Assembly: GCF_006345805.1 (NCBI RefSeq)
Contig: NC_043000.1
Span: forward strand, 116,498,001 to 116,562,000
Source of the DNA: Octopus sinensis
Lineage: Eukaryota
Direction of reading: 5' to 3'
DNA: 64,000 nucleotides
Shown: positions 26,621 to 40,602 of the stretch, piece after piece
Position numbering within the stretch: the first letter of the stretch is position 1
Layout of the letters: every line of letters begins with the position of its first letter
Notes under the pieces: model-generated
What the model was told of the DNA's origin: nothing
Seen by the model: only the letters and a program-made list of their open reading frames with translations
Database searches by the model: none
Made by a program: the position numbers and the translations under genes

Positions 26621-27360
26621 ACGTCAATCTTATTTACAGAAAATAAAACTGGCTGTAAATATGATACTGACAAAATAGAAAGTTTTAGCGCTGACGGTAT
26701 CTAAGCTGTTAATCTAACAGATCGGCCACAGTTAATGCATTTTCTTATTGCAAACAGTCACAGAGAATGAACTACGGAGGTGATCTAGTAAATATGAGCA
26801 TAGCGTATAGATATGATTAATAGCAATACAATAGATAAAGTGATACAGGGTCAAATTGTATTGTAATGCAATAAATGAAGTGTTAAATGGAAGTGTTACT
26901 AAATATATGAAATAGTAACGCTGTAGATTAAGAGGGAAAGCATTAATGAAATGGTAGTAAATTGGATGATGTGCGAAAGTGGGAAATTATGTATAAATGG
27001 AGTGGATGAATTCGGAAGACACAAGAAGTAGCTAAGGAGATATATGGTGATGGTTTCTTGGGGGAAAATACATCGCAATATATTCTCCTAACGTTATCCA
27101 CATTCAAAGCAGGACTCAAACTAAACTATTTACAACTCTACAGGAAGGTGAATTTAACATAAGCTACACTGATATAAATGCTTTGTATATAGTTGAACAC
27201 CGTTAAATCGAAACCATGCGTGAATTTTCTGGTCAGTTGGCTAATGCGGTATCAATAGACAACTGTCACTTTTGCTTCTGATCATCAAAATATCGATTAT
27301 TTCACAAAGCGATGGAGCATGAAATTTGTGAGTGTGGGGCAGTGGATAATATTAATCTCT

Positions 27361-27699
27361 CTTTTTACCCTTTTACTTGTTTCAGTCATATGACTGTGGC
27401 CATGCTGGAGCACCACCTTTTAGTCGAGCAAAATTGATCCCAGTACTTATTCTCTGTAAGCCTAGTACTTATTCTATCGGTCATGCATGCCCAACCGCTA
27501 AGTTACGGGACGTAAACACACCAGCATCGGTTGCCAAGTGATGTTGGGGGGACAAACACAGACACACAAACATATACACACACTTACATACATACATATA
27601 TATATATATGACGGGCTTCTTTCAGTTTCCGTCTACCAAATCCACTCAAGTCTTTGGTCGGGCCGAGGCTATAGTATAAGACACTTGCTTAGGTGCCAC
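27361..27699 (-). mobile_element. SINE family A, 5'-truncated
   Basis: Reverse-complement match to family A. Confidence 0.9.
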
Positions 27700-29085
27700 T
27701 TGTGTTGATAACTATTAAGCTTCGAACTATTGTCATAAGAGGGAGCAATAACCAAGATGATTAATAAGAGCTTTGCACACCACTAATAACACTTATAGTA
27801 TTTTCTAAATGCTTCCAGATTCCGACCTGTCAAATGTTTGCATCTCTGTTGTTTACATAAAAGATGATGCCTTGTTATTTATTTTAACGCAATTTTCTGA
27901 TGGAATAGTTTTTTTTTATCGTTGACCCTTATAAGAAATAATAACAGCGTGTAATCCAATTTCTGATTTTAAATTAGTGGCAGTAATGGCTTCTATATTT
28001 TATCGAAATAAACCAATATTTCAAAATAAAAGGTGACCAGATTCTACGGCAGGTTTGCCTTTTACCCTTTCAAAATCATTCCAATATATTTACGCCACAA
28101 AATTCTTCGGATTATACAAGACTGTCAAGATGTCAAGCCTCCACCTGCTTATCTGCGAAAGTATAAAACTTATGTATCTAGTTTAAAAACGAAACATTAG
28201 ATAAATACAGCTAAGTCAAGAAAAAAAGAAGAAACGATAGAAAAAAAAAATAAACCATGTCGTGTCAAGATCACGAGAGGATTTGGATTTTTTGTGGAGG
28301 CCAGGTTATCTTAGAAAATTAATAACTTTGAAAATGGTATGTAAATCCCATCTTCGCAAATCTCACGCGCCTATAAATTTGTTGATTTTTCTCTCAGTAG
28401 GAAATCGATATTGTCGCAGAAGATTTATTCCGTTTATGTCTATCACCAAAGAGATATTGTGAGCTGTAGATTATAACTTAATCCCAACTTGAGACCTGCT
28501 TTTATACTATCTCCCTGTCCATATTGTAATTCATATCATATGTATACAATGTACTTTTTAGTGTATTTGGTCATATGAAATTTAATATAAAGTGTTAAAC
28601 TCAGATTGTGAAATACAGAAATATGTAAATGTAATAATGTAAGCCTGAATCGTGTTACTGAAGCAAAGACACGTACGAATCTCCCTGTGAGTATGTGTAT
28701 GTTAGTTTGTTTATGTGTGTATCCGCGTGTGTTTATTTGTTTGCATGTGTGTCTGTGTACAATTGAGTATGAGCAGATACGTCCCAAGGCTTTTATGCGT
28801 GTGTTTAATATATCTTTAAAATAATAGTACCTGTTGTTATATCAGTTCTTACTAGTGCAACAATGGTATATTACAGGAAATGACAGTACAATGAACAGAC
28901 CCAAACTGGATAATGTTGTTGGCCATAACATACACACGTTTTCGGTCACTAACACTCTTAAATCTACACATGAATTCATTCAACTACTCATCCATTTTCT
29001 CAAATATCCCTTCATCTATCCATCCAACCATCCAGCTATCAAACCATACATACATACATACATACATACATACATACATACATAC

Positions 29086-29480
29086 ATGGTGGTTGGTAGC
29101 TGTCTACTCCTTATGGAGAGTTTGACCACCTCCTGTACCTACACCTTAGCACCATCACAGCATCTGATGTAACTTTTTAAACCGGACAATGTTCTGAAAA
29201 GACACCCACATAGATTGCAAATCCGATTTGGACCACCAAGAGCTACAGATAAGTTCTGCTCTTTGTGTATCTTTACATGTCTTTTGAGGCCTCCGCTGGA
29301 TTTGCAAACCTTCTGGCATACACTGCATCCAAGGGTGTGCACAGACATATAGGCAGAATAGTTGGTGGAGGTTCGTTTTCCATGCGTTTGCAGATTAGAT
29401 TTGAGGCCAGCAAAAGGCAGGCATGGTCTGTCACAAACTGTGCACACGAAAATGTCATTGTGATTCACCTTCTCGATCGT
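29086..29480 (-). mobile_element. RTE-like LINE 3' end encoding three C2H2-type fingers, with (ATGT)n tail (copy 1)
   Basis: CTVCDRPCLPFAGLKSNLQTH, CSVCQKVCKSSGGLKRHVKIH, CNLCGCLFRTLSGLKSYIRC...AKV*, a short 3' UTR, then a tetranucleotide tail. Homologous to 35780-36262. Confidence 0.7.
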
Positions 29481-30284
29481 TACATACATACATACGTACG
29501 TACCTGCGTACGTGCATGCATGCATACCTACCTACCTACATACATACATTCATGCTTAAACGACAGAAACCATCACTAAGCAGTAAACAGCAATACCCAT
29601 GTAAAATATCAGGAGTGACTGTGCAAACTTTTAGCCTAAATAAGTCTTACACAATACCCCATTGAGATGGCCCAGAGACAAGCAAAGGCAAGATGTTTAC
29701 TGACAGTATGAGTCCCTGGCTCATATTGGCTATGAGAGCGCCATGATATCAAGCGCATGCAAAAGATCTCCAACATGTCCAAAGCCATTCCCTTCATGTC
29801 CTGTTTTGTATCAGAGTGACCTGCTCAAAGAGACATGCTTTAACAAAAGCTGAGGGGTGCCTCGCGCCCAGAGGGGTCCTCCAGCACACCGGACACCAAC
29901 CCGTAATTTCTGAATACACCGCTATTGCTAGCCAGTCATGAAAACTACCCTGGGTTCACCCGTCCGTTTTGCCGGTCTTTGTTTTTAGTCCTGTTCAGTT
30001 TTTAGCAATAAGTCCTCATAAGTTTAGCCTGGTTCGTGTGTCGGTTTAGTTGCCAATATCTCAACCATGCAACAAGTTGTTTTGGGTTCCACGTTACTTG
30101 TGGCACTCATGAGAAACTGCACAAGTGACCTGAGATACACATATACATAAAACTTTCCTCAAGTTTAAAATGTGAATTTGTTTCTGTTATCTATACTCCA
30201 ACAATAGAACTTGTACCTTTGTTAGACAACAGCTCCTTCCTTAGAGAAAGGCTAAAAATAATTAAAAGTAAACAAGAACATATA

Positions 30285-31901
30285 CAGGGTTGTCCAAAAT
30301 CCACTTTATCATTTCAAAATACGACTTTTTAGAAATTAATGTTTTTTAGATTATTGACATGTAATTCTCGAAAAATAATCATAGAGAAAATCACGATAGA
30401 TCAAAGAATAAAAATAATCGAATTTTTTGCTACAAAATTATCAATCACTTATAGTAACACAAATAGCTTACATTCGTCATGTTGCAGTCAGACAAACACC
30501 ATCTAAACAAGCGATGCTCAACTTATTCCGGCGATTTAAAACAAACAAGAAGCTGTGATTGATTTACCACATGCTGGAATGCCACGTCCAAGGACGTCTC
30601 ATGACAACATTCAACATGTTCTGGGGAGCATTGAAAAAAGCCTTCAACTTTAATCTGAAGGTGATCCCAGCAGCTGGCCATATCCTGTAACTCATTGCAG
30701 AGGTTTCAAAGGACGCTGAATTTATTCCTGTAGAAAGCGCAGGACCTGAAACCAGAGAATTATTGGGTACGTTTAGTGTATGCTGCCCAGATACCAGAAT
30801 TGGGAAGACAAAAAAACTATTTGCAAAGCTCATTAGGGCTAACGAGGCCCGCTTTCACCGAGACTGCTTTTGTCAATAAATACAGCATGCGAGAAATCCA
30901 AGAATATTCCACTAACGTGAGCTGCACCTCGTAACCATAATGGTTTCGTGTGGAGTAAGTGCGGGAAGAATTCTTGGTCCTTATTTCGTTGTAGATTAGG
31001 CAGACAACGCTCTGTCACAGGAGAAACGTCGCGGGTCATCCAAGAACATGTCATGCGTCCTCCGATTGAGAACATACCAGAGGTAGGTAGTGGTAAAATG
31101 GGGCTACTGTCTTTAAGGCAGTAGTAAAATGGGGCTTCTGGTAGCAGTGGTGTTTTATGGTGGTAGTAAACTGGGGTTGCTGTCTTCAGGCATATTTTAA
31201 GGAAGGACGATAATATCGAGAAACTATAAATTCAATTAGAGGATGTGTGAGGATATCTGAAAGACAGAGTATGCCGTATCAAACCTCAAACTTTCAAGAA
31301 ATTTATGTCCAACATCCGTAAAGAAATTGACAAAATAAGCCAAAAACATTACGAATGGTGATGGAACACACTTTAGGAAGAGTCCTTTTTAGTCAAGAAC
31401 CAAATAGTGGCCATGTGAAGGTCATTTTCAAAACTGGTTAAAGGTATTTTTCAAGAAATGTATTTATTGTTTTGTAGTGTCTGGGGCGAGTCAGTTTCTA
31501 TTTGTACCTTATAATGTAACACACTCACCGGTAAAATTTCCACTTTTTCATTATTTTTTTTCCTAAAATTTTCGTTGCGTCTTGCAAATGATTCTGCCAG
31601 CACGCCGCCTTGTAAACCTGTCAAAACTATTGAAAAGTTTGCAAGACGCAACGAAAATTTTAGGAAAATAAAATTAAGAAAAAAAGTGGAAATTTTACCG
31701 GTGAGTGTGTTACATTATAGGGCACAAGAAGAAAATGACTCTCTCCAGACACAACAGAATATGCTTCAACACACGACCTCATATAAAGAATCTTGCAAAC
31801 CAAATCTAAAAACGAAATATTTATTGTATATAAAAGTATAAATGTGAATATCTAATGAATATTATATTTTGAAATAGTCAAGTGACTTTTAGGTCACCCT
31901 G
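30285..31901 (+). mobile_element. Degenerate IS630-Tc1-mariner transposon (maT/rosa-like)
   Basis: TA|CAGGGTTGTCCAAAATCCACTT at the left end and AAGTGACTTTTAGGTCACCCTG|TA at the right. Transposase remnants DLPHAGMPRPRTSHDNIQHV, MVSCGVSAGRILGPYF and GYLKDRVCRIKPQTF, with many stops and frameshifts. Confidence 0.85.
31473..31756. mobile_element. Fold-back MITE nested in the 3' part of the mariner (about 116-bp arms, 49-nt spacer)
   Basis: tataatgtaacacactcaccggtaaaatttccactttt and ttcctaaaattttcgttgcgtcttgcaaa are mirrored at 31638-31756. Confidence 0.85.
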
Positions 31902-32537
31902 TATACACATACATGTGTAGAACAATGCAAGAGTGAAATATACTGATACAATAAGCATTCACTTCCTAGGGAGCTTCCATGTAACACCAGAATTGAGAAC
32001 CAGTGCATCCAATGACTTGAAAGGGAGAAATATTCTGTTCACCTACCCTGCTAAAATTCTTATGCATGGGTTTATTCATTGTAAACCTGTGGATGAAATT
32101 AATAATGATAGCAAGCGTAACCTCTCTTAAACTCGGGAACGTCAATTCAATTCACATTTCGAAGTTATTGCTTTGGTACGATGAACAAAGAGGTTGCAAA
32201 GTCATTAAATCCGCACCTTTCGCATTCCATGACAGATGATGGTTTCAGGACCACACACTGGCAGTAATTGCTCAAAAATGTCATTAATTGTACGCTCTAC
32301 GATCGAGCATGATGCTGCTAGAGCAATAACGTTTGTGGTAAGAATTCCCGTGGAATAAATATTAAATAGAAGCTGTAAGAAGTTTGCATCCCCAAAACAG
32401 GGTTCTGGGTTCTGTCACACCACGTGGAACTGAGGGCAATTGCCTTCTAACATAGCCCTGGGCCCGCCAAGGCCTTATGAGTAGATTTGGTAGATGGAAA
32501 CTGAGTGAAGCTGATCATATATATATATGTGCATATA

Positions 32538-32700
32538 GAGGCAGGAGTGGCTGTGTGGTAAGTAGCTTGCTTACCAACCACATGGTTTCGGGTTCGGTCC
32601 CACTGCATGGCTCCTTGGGCAAGTGTCTTCTACTATAACCTCGGGCCGACCAAAGCTTTGTGAGTGGATTTGGTAGACAGAAACTGAAAGAAGCCCGTCG

Positions 32701-32745
<45 letters not shown>

Positions 32746-32944
32746 TTGTGTGTCTGTGTTTGTCCCCCCAACATCCCTTGACAACTGATACTGGTGTGTT
32801 TATGTGCCCGTAACTTAGCAGTTGGGCAAAAGAGACCGATAGAATAAGTACTAGGCTTACAAAGAATAAGGCCTGGGGTCGATTTACTCGACTAAAGGCG
32901 GTGCTCCAGCATGGCCGCAGTCAAATGATTGAAACAAGTAAAAG

Positions 32945-32947
<3 letters not shown>
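32538..32947 (+). mobile_element. Full-length SINE family A (degenerate partial copies at about 32370-32510 and 33005-33165)
   Basis: Match to family A. Confidence 0.93.
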
Positions 32948-33006
<59 letters not shown>

Positions 33007-34064
33007 GTCTCCGTATCTTTGTTTGCCTGCCTCCTACCGCTTGACGATCGGTGTTGGTTTGTTGGCGTCCCTATAAGTTAGCGGTTCGGCAAAACCAGAC
33101 ACTCAGTGAATAAGTATCAAGCTTGAAAAATAAGTACTGGGGCCAATTACCGTGACTAAACCCTTCCTGACTTTTTTTTTATCAATACACACACAAGCAT
33201 TGCCGACAGGGAGATTGATTAACCATTCCTATTTAAAACCCCTCATCCCGTTTCAACAGACGTAATACAATTGCTTTAGAGAAAGAAGAAAATTGTTCAC
33301 TGTTGTAGAGATCAGCTGTCCTCATAAGAGAACATTGCTTTCAAAATCAATGAAAAAGAAAATATTTACTGCAAAATTTTTAGCTTCTGCACACAGATTA
33401 TAAATCCACATTTATAACTCGGTGCGCTTGTTAAAGTTGGCAAAGATCGAAGAAGCAATCATGTAAAGCAATAATTTTCCCGCAGAGCAAGTGACCAGCT
33501 TTGGCACTCTTTATAAGAGTAATCTCTATGCGAAGTAGTAAAAATATGAATAAATTTTTTTTGCAAGACGGAATGTAACTTTTCATCGTTGCTCTTATTC
33601 TATTTCCATTCACTGAGCGTTGTTTCTCTGTAAGAAACCAATTCCTGTTTTATAGGATTTCTCCAAATAGTAATTAAAGAAAACATAGATAGATGCATAC
33701 ATACATACATACATACTTACAAACACACATGCATACATACATACATACAGACATACATAAATACATACATATATACATGCATACATACATAGATGCATAC
33801 ATACATATTTACACACACACACACACAGACACACACACACATACATATTTCAAACATACATACATACACACGCACACACACACACATATTTCAAACATAC
33901 CTACATACAAACATACATGCATACATACATACGTAAATTCATACATACCTAAATAAATCCATCTATCCATTCAACCATCTATATATAATGAAACAGCTTT
34001 GCTCTGGTTCTTCGACCGTTAATTAGAAATTAGAAATCTACGAGGAACACATACATACATACAT

Positions 34065-34104
<40 letters not shown>

Positions 34105-34193
34105 ACATACATACATACATACATACATACATACATACATACATACATACATACTACATACATACATACATACATACATACAATTATAGGATT

Positions 34194-34410
34194 AATAGTG
34201 GACAACTGCGTCAAAAGTTCCACCTTCTGTATCCCGATAATGAATTCATAATTATACCAATAATAATTAGTGCACTTGTTTTTTAAATCCTTATGCGATA
34301 ATCTGGATAAGCGAACGTTTTCAGAGAAAGATACCAATCATCTAACTCGTGCATTGTAAATAGAATCTGTAAATGGAATGACTTTTCGTATGTTCAAGGT
34401 GTGATCGTTT
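34194..34410 (+). mobile_element. C-terminal remnant of an RLE-type non-LTR retrotransposon
   Basis: QLRQKFHLLYPDNEFIIIPIIISAL then SLCDNLDKRTFSEKDTNHLTRAL, similar to the IPIVIGALG region ending RLE-type ORFs. Confidence 0.55.
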
Positions 34411-35779
34411 TAGTTATCTACATTCCGAGGATGGAGCTTTGTATCTTTGTCATAAACTAGTTTCTTCCTTAGAGGGAGGCTTCTAATAATAATAAATTTA
34501 AAAGAGAACGTACATTCGTAATACGATCAATGGTCGTATTCGTACCTTTCATACATTTGGCAAATATATTTTGAGATTTGTCCACATTCAATGAAGGAGT
34601 AGTTTCTCTCAACAAAACGCATATGGGGTTTATGGAAAATCCAAGCAACATCACGTGTAGTTTGTATCTTTGAAATATACTTCTCTCATATACTACTCTT
34701 TCATAGCCTGTGATTTACAGGCGATGCTATCACTTCTTGTATTTAACCTACGGAAAATGGCTCCGTTCGAAGCCAGGTTGTCTGTGAACAGGAAACAGAA
34801 TAAAATATTTTCTTGAAACCTGATCCCTCTAAATCTTTTGACGAAATTCTTTCCATACAGTCACAGATCTGGTTTCACAGTGTAGCTAACCGCAAGGTGT
34901 TCGGCACATCTCTAAACTTTTTTGCTGCTTAATTCCTAGAATATTGTTAGGTGCATAGCGATTTGGGAGGAACAGTTTCAGCTGTGAACACATTTTATAA
35001 AATGTGTGCACAGGTCATTTCATTTACTTTATAAATAGCCTGACTGTTTCTCCGATATGTGCTGGAATGATACCATGTTCAGTATAGCTATGGCTGGAAA
35101 AGCAAATCCCATTATGAAATGGGTAACATCGAACACTTTTAGAGGATAGGATACACCTAAATAAATTCTGGTACTCACAGCTCTCAGCGTACATTGCTTT
35201 CTCTATTGATGTTTATATCTGTATTTGCCATCTTTCATTGGATTCATGGCTATGATCACGGTCATTGAAATTAAGCGCAAACATTATTGGACTTCATTAG
35301 GCCTTGCTAAATCAATAGTGATATTAAATGCCTCTATCTGAATAGACAACATTGATAGTCAAGTGTCGGACTTCGTGTTTGGAACAAGTTTGCATATTTG
35401 GCGTGAAGAGCGGTACGTCAAATAGAAAAGAGGTCCATAGAAATATTTTGCTGAGTGCTAACTATGGATAGACACTTAGGAAAGGTAAACAGTTCTAACA
35501 AAACAAACCTATACATGAAATACAATGCATGGCTTGTAGTTAGCCCTCAAGTGGATATGGTTTTGCAATTCAGGAACGGGAAATAAAATCAAGAAACAAT
35601 AATTACAAATTATTAATAAAATACTGACATTGTGTAAAACTGTCCAAATATTAAGCTCGTATTTATATATACATAAAGACACAGAAGTAAAATTAGATCT
35701 GCAAATACATCAGTCGAAACATAAACGTTCACACAGATGACATGCATATATTTCCAAACGCAAACGTACATATACAGAC

Positions 35780-36262
35780 ATGATGGTTTGTGGTTGTCTC
35801 CTCCTTATGCAGAGTTTGACCGTCTCCTGTACCTACACCTTAGCACCATCACAGCATCTGATGTAGCTTTTTAAACCAGACAATGTTCTGAAAAGACACC
35901 CACGTAGATTGCACCTCTGATTTGGACCACCAAGAACTGCAGATAAGTTCTGATCTTTGTGGACCTTAAAATGTCTTTTGATGCCTCAATTAGATTTCCA
36001 AACCTTCTGACATACACTGCATTCACTGGTGTGCACAGACATATAGGCAGAATAGTTGGTGGAGGTTTGTTTTCCATGGGTTCGCAGATGAGATTTTAGG
36101 CCAGCCAAAGACAGGCATGGTCAGTTACAGACTGTGCACATAAAAAGGTCATTGCCATTCACCATCTCGATCGTAACATTCTTCCTTAGATCTCTTTTGA
36201 ATCCTACATGCATTATCCTGGCCTCTTAAAACGCTTTCACTCCACACCACATTTTGTTTCCC
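35780..36262 (-). mobile_element. RTE-like LINE 3' end with three C2H2-type fingers (copy 2, two in-frame stops)
   Basis: FMCTVCN*PCLSLAGLKSHLRTH...ECSVCQKVWKSN*GIKRHFKVH...LKSYIRCCDGAKV*. Confidence 0.7.
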
Positions 36263-36370
36263 ATACATACATACATACATGCATGCATGCATACATGTAT
36301 ACATACATACATACATACATACATACATACATACATACATACATACATACATACATACGTATGTATGTGA

Positions 36371-36600
36371 AATTAATGGCTAAGTGGATGAGCACTCCCC
36401 TGATACTCGCACCATTAATGTAGTTCACACGGAAATTCAGAACATGACAAGGCTGGCGCATCCTTTGAATGACAGGTCCACAGCTGAGTGGACAGGAGTA
36501 ACAGGAAATAAAGTATCTTGCTGAAGGACACAGCGCCGTCAGGAATCGGCCCCCGTCCTTACGACTGTGAGCTGAACACCCTAATCACTTACTCACGTAC
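36371..36600 (-). mobile_element. SINE family C, diverged
   Basis: cagctgagtggacaggagtaac...tcttgctgaaggacac...aggaatcg...caccctaatcact, homologous to 53147-53387. Confidence 0.75.
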
Positions 36601-36699
36601 CTTAAAACAAACAAACACATACACACATACATATACATGTACACACACTCACACACATATGCATGTAGTTTTCTATATATATATATACACACACACACA

Positions 36700-36807
36700 C
36701 GAGGGTGTATGACAAGTTTTGAGCCTAAATAAAAACAATAAAAAACATGGTACAAGACTTCAAAGCTCAAAGGCCTTGAAGGGTCAAAACATTTCATACA
36801 CACCTCG
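36700..36807. mobile_element. 108-bp mariner-type MITE
   Basis: cgagggtgtatgacaagttttgagcc pairs with gggtcaaaacatttcatacacacctcg|ta. Confidence 0.7.
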
Positions 36808-37699
36808 TATATATAGATATATATATTGCCTAAAATCCAAGGAATATGTCTAGGCTGTAAACTGAATATTTGTATATACGTATAGAATTTAAACAAAAAT
36901 GCAGTATATACGTACTTGCATGCGTTTATGCAAACACCTCTGCATGCATGCTCACATACATTTATAGATAAATGTATACATAATGTGATGTAAATATCTA
37001 TACCATAAAACCATGTAAACTTACGAGTTATATTCCATATAAATTATGTATGCAAGCATGATGAGTCAGAGTAGGAATAAACAGGAAGAAACAAACATAC
37101 TCGTAACTTATATTTCTACATGTATACATACTTGAGCGAGTTATGTATCCACGTATATTCATATGATAAAGATAGTTTTATAAGCAAAAGATATACAAAC
37201 AGAACAAGACCGGATTAGAGAGAAGAGGGAAGAAAAACAAACACTTGGCCATGCTCTCAGTAAAATATCTAAATATTGGCCATAAATAAGTCACAGACGC
37301 TGCTGAAAACTGTCCATAGTATTTGAACTGGGACGCGTAAATTTCAATATTTGCTTATGTCTTGTCATTTACTGTAATTCCTTGCAACGTTTCTCCCCAC
37401 TAACAGCGTCATGGAAATTAGAGGAAATCAGATGTATTTATAGATGTGGACAGTAAATATTATTTTTTTTACAACTATTTTTTTTAATTTCTTGTTTGTT
37501 ATAATGCAAGACGTGAAAGGGAATTGAAGTTTTACACAGTTTTCCTTAAGTTGTGAGTTATTCCTGCTTTACCCAATGTTGTATATTTGTTGATTATCAA
37601 ACACTAAGGGTGTATAAGGATGATAGCATCATAGACGCTGTAACACACACACACCTCAACATATACCTATCAATATATATATATATATATATATAAGTG

Positions 37700-37747
<48 letters not shown>

Positions 37748-37885
37748 TGTATAAATATATATATATATATAATATATATATATATTTATACACTTATATA
37801 AACACAAACATATATACGAAAATACATACAATCATACAAACACACACATCCCCCAATTCCCCATGCACCACACCTCCACATATAC

Positions 37886-37918
<33 letters not shown>

Positions 37919-38806
37919 CAAACATACATACATACAAGCATACTTTCAAACACAAACACTCACACACACACGAACACAAACACACACACAAACACGCACA
38001 TATATGTATATTTGTCTGTAAAACATGTTGGGTAATATACATTTAATTACAATTGACATCGTGAATGAATCACCCGGATTTGAGTTAGTTTCATAGGAAA
38101 ATCGTGCGGACTACTTTAGGTGTTGATTAAATCCCGTATAGGGTCACTGATCGAATCTTACGCATTGACGTGATTACAAAAAAATAAAAAGAAAAAAAAA
38201 ACACCGAGCATCTTACTGGAATAACTTAAATAGCATAACCAGCTACATTTATGTGCATTTGGCTAACGGTTCTGAGTTAGTAACTGAATAATGCAGCTGA
38301 AGACACATTGAATAAGAAAAATATATATAACTACGGTGAGAAAATACAGACTGCATGCATATATACATATATAACTACATATATAATATATATGCGTGTA
38401 TACGTATATATGTGTGCGTGTTTATATATATATATATATGTATGTATATATATACATATATATGTATATATACATATATATGTATATATACATATGTATA
38501 TATATATGTATGTATTTATACATATATATGTATATATGTATGTATATATACATATATATGTATATATGTATGTATATATACATATGTATATGTATATATC
38601 TATATGTATATATATGTATGTATATATATATGTATGTATATATTTATATATTATCTATATATATATGTATGTATTTATATATGTGCGTATATATGCGTCT
38701 CTATATATGCATGCACATATGCAGATTTACGCGTACACGCATACACAAATAGACGCGTATACACATACATGCATGAATATACAAAAGCATATATCTACAC
38801 ATACGA

Positions 38807-38839
<33 letters not shown>

Positions 38840-40503
38840 CACATATATAAACATGTATATACAGGTAGATACATATATTATTACATAAACATACACACAC
38901 ACATATACATACACACGCACACATATATATATACATATGTAGATATATATATTAGCATATATATACGTATTTATTACAATATATGTGTGTATGTTTGTGT
39001 GCGTGTGTGTGTGTGTGCTTGTCTGTGTGTGTGTGTGTGTGTATGTGTGTGTGTGTGTGTGTGTGCACATACAGTGTGTTTGGGCTAAATTTGAAAAGTG
39101 ACCGGCGTTGGAAAGAGCAAAAATTGAAGTCATAGTTGAGAAAAAACCCAACTGACACGTAGGCTTGGAAGCTTTCTGAATATTGGAAAAGAATTAACTG
39201 TATCATAACGATTCGTGCTGGATATCAAATTACCGCCATCATAACTACTGCTCAGTGTTTTATGATCACTGTAATTTGCTGTAAGACGTGACTTGGACTG
39301 CTACAGTGGAGAATACTAAGGCCTAGCCTGCAGAAAGGCACACAGTAGACGTTGTGTGTGCGTTCGCACGCCGGTATTCGTCTTACTTCGTCAGGATCAG
39401 GAGAAGTCCTTAGATGCCATTCAAATGGCTATGTAAATCTGCTGGAGATTTTTGATCAATTCCTGGTTGGGGATTTTTGTTGGTAGAAAGTCCATCCCCT
39501 CCTCACCGTGGTGGGGACGCTGGCAATGGGTAGTGTCAGAGCTATGCCGTCGGGAACTTCGGTTCCTGGTAGGGCAACCCATGGCAGATTGGTCTGACAC
39601 CGAGTGGTATTAGGGCCACAACCCGGCAGACGGGGCTCTGTTGAAAATCCTCAGAGTGTCTATTTCGGCAACCGGCGGCCCCTCGGCCGTTCTGTCTCTG
39701 CGGACAATCTGCAGCAAACAGGATGTCTCTACATGCGGGATTGTTGGGGACCGCTTGTGAAATCCACATATTCCCACGAAACTTCTTCAAGAAGCCGACT
39801 CAACCCGCCCAGGGTGAAAGTCGCCACAAGTACAAGTAAGGTCATATTTCTGTCAGCAACATTCCGACTTTTGCTATATATACCCGGAAGTGGTTATCGG
39901 GAACTTTTAAGTCTTCCTTCATCAGCCCCAGTTTCTACTCCTCTAATTCGCTTGATTACTATGTGCAGACACCAACTGTTCGGCCTGCAACGTGAAAGCC
40001 GAGCTGGTGGCCAAATTCGTAGAGGATTCGGAAGACCTTCCCAGCGACACATTGAGAAACGCAAGTGCCATTTTTCGGAGCTGTTAAAATAGTGGAAGCT
40101 GGGGACATCTGTTTTCAGGTGATGGGATATTGTTTTACTATTTTCCTTTTATGCAACTTGTCAAATTTAACCCAAACCCCATCCCTTCCCTTCATATATA
40201 TATAAATATATATATATACATATATAATATTGTCTATCTATCTATGTCTATCTATCTATATCTATCTATCTATCTATCTATCTATATCTATCTATCTATA
40301 TCTATCTATGTCTATCTATCTATATCTATCTCTATATATCTATCTATATCTATATATCTTTCTCTATCTATCTATCTATCTATCTATATCTATCTGTATC
40401 TATCTATCTGTATCTGTATATCTGTATCTATCTATCTGTATCTATATCTATCTATCTATCTGTATCTATCTATATCTATATCTATCTATATATCTATCTC
40501 TCT

Positions 40504-40600
<97 letters not shown>

Positions 40601-40602
<2 letters not shown>

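Noticed and set aside
34440-35460. Decayed reverse transcriptase on the minus strand (FLFTDNL resembling FADD)
   Set aside because: Only one weak motif amid many stops; cannot be supported by eye.
39880-39930. Hammerhead on the minus strand (CTGATGA-a-ggaa...ttcc)
   Set aside because: There is no GAAA, no cleavage triplet and no stem I partner.
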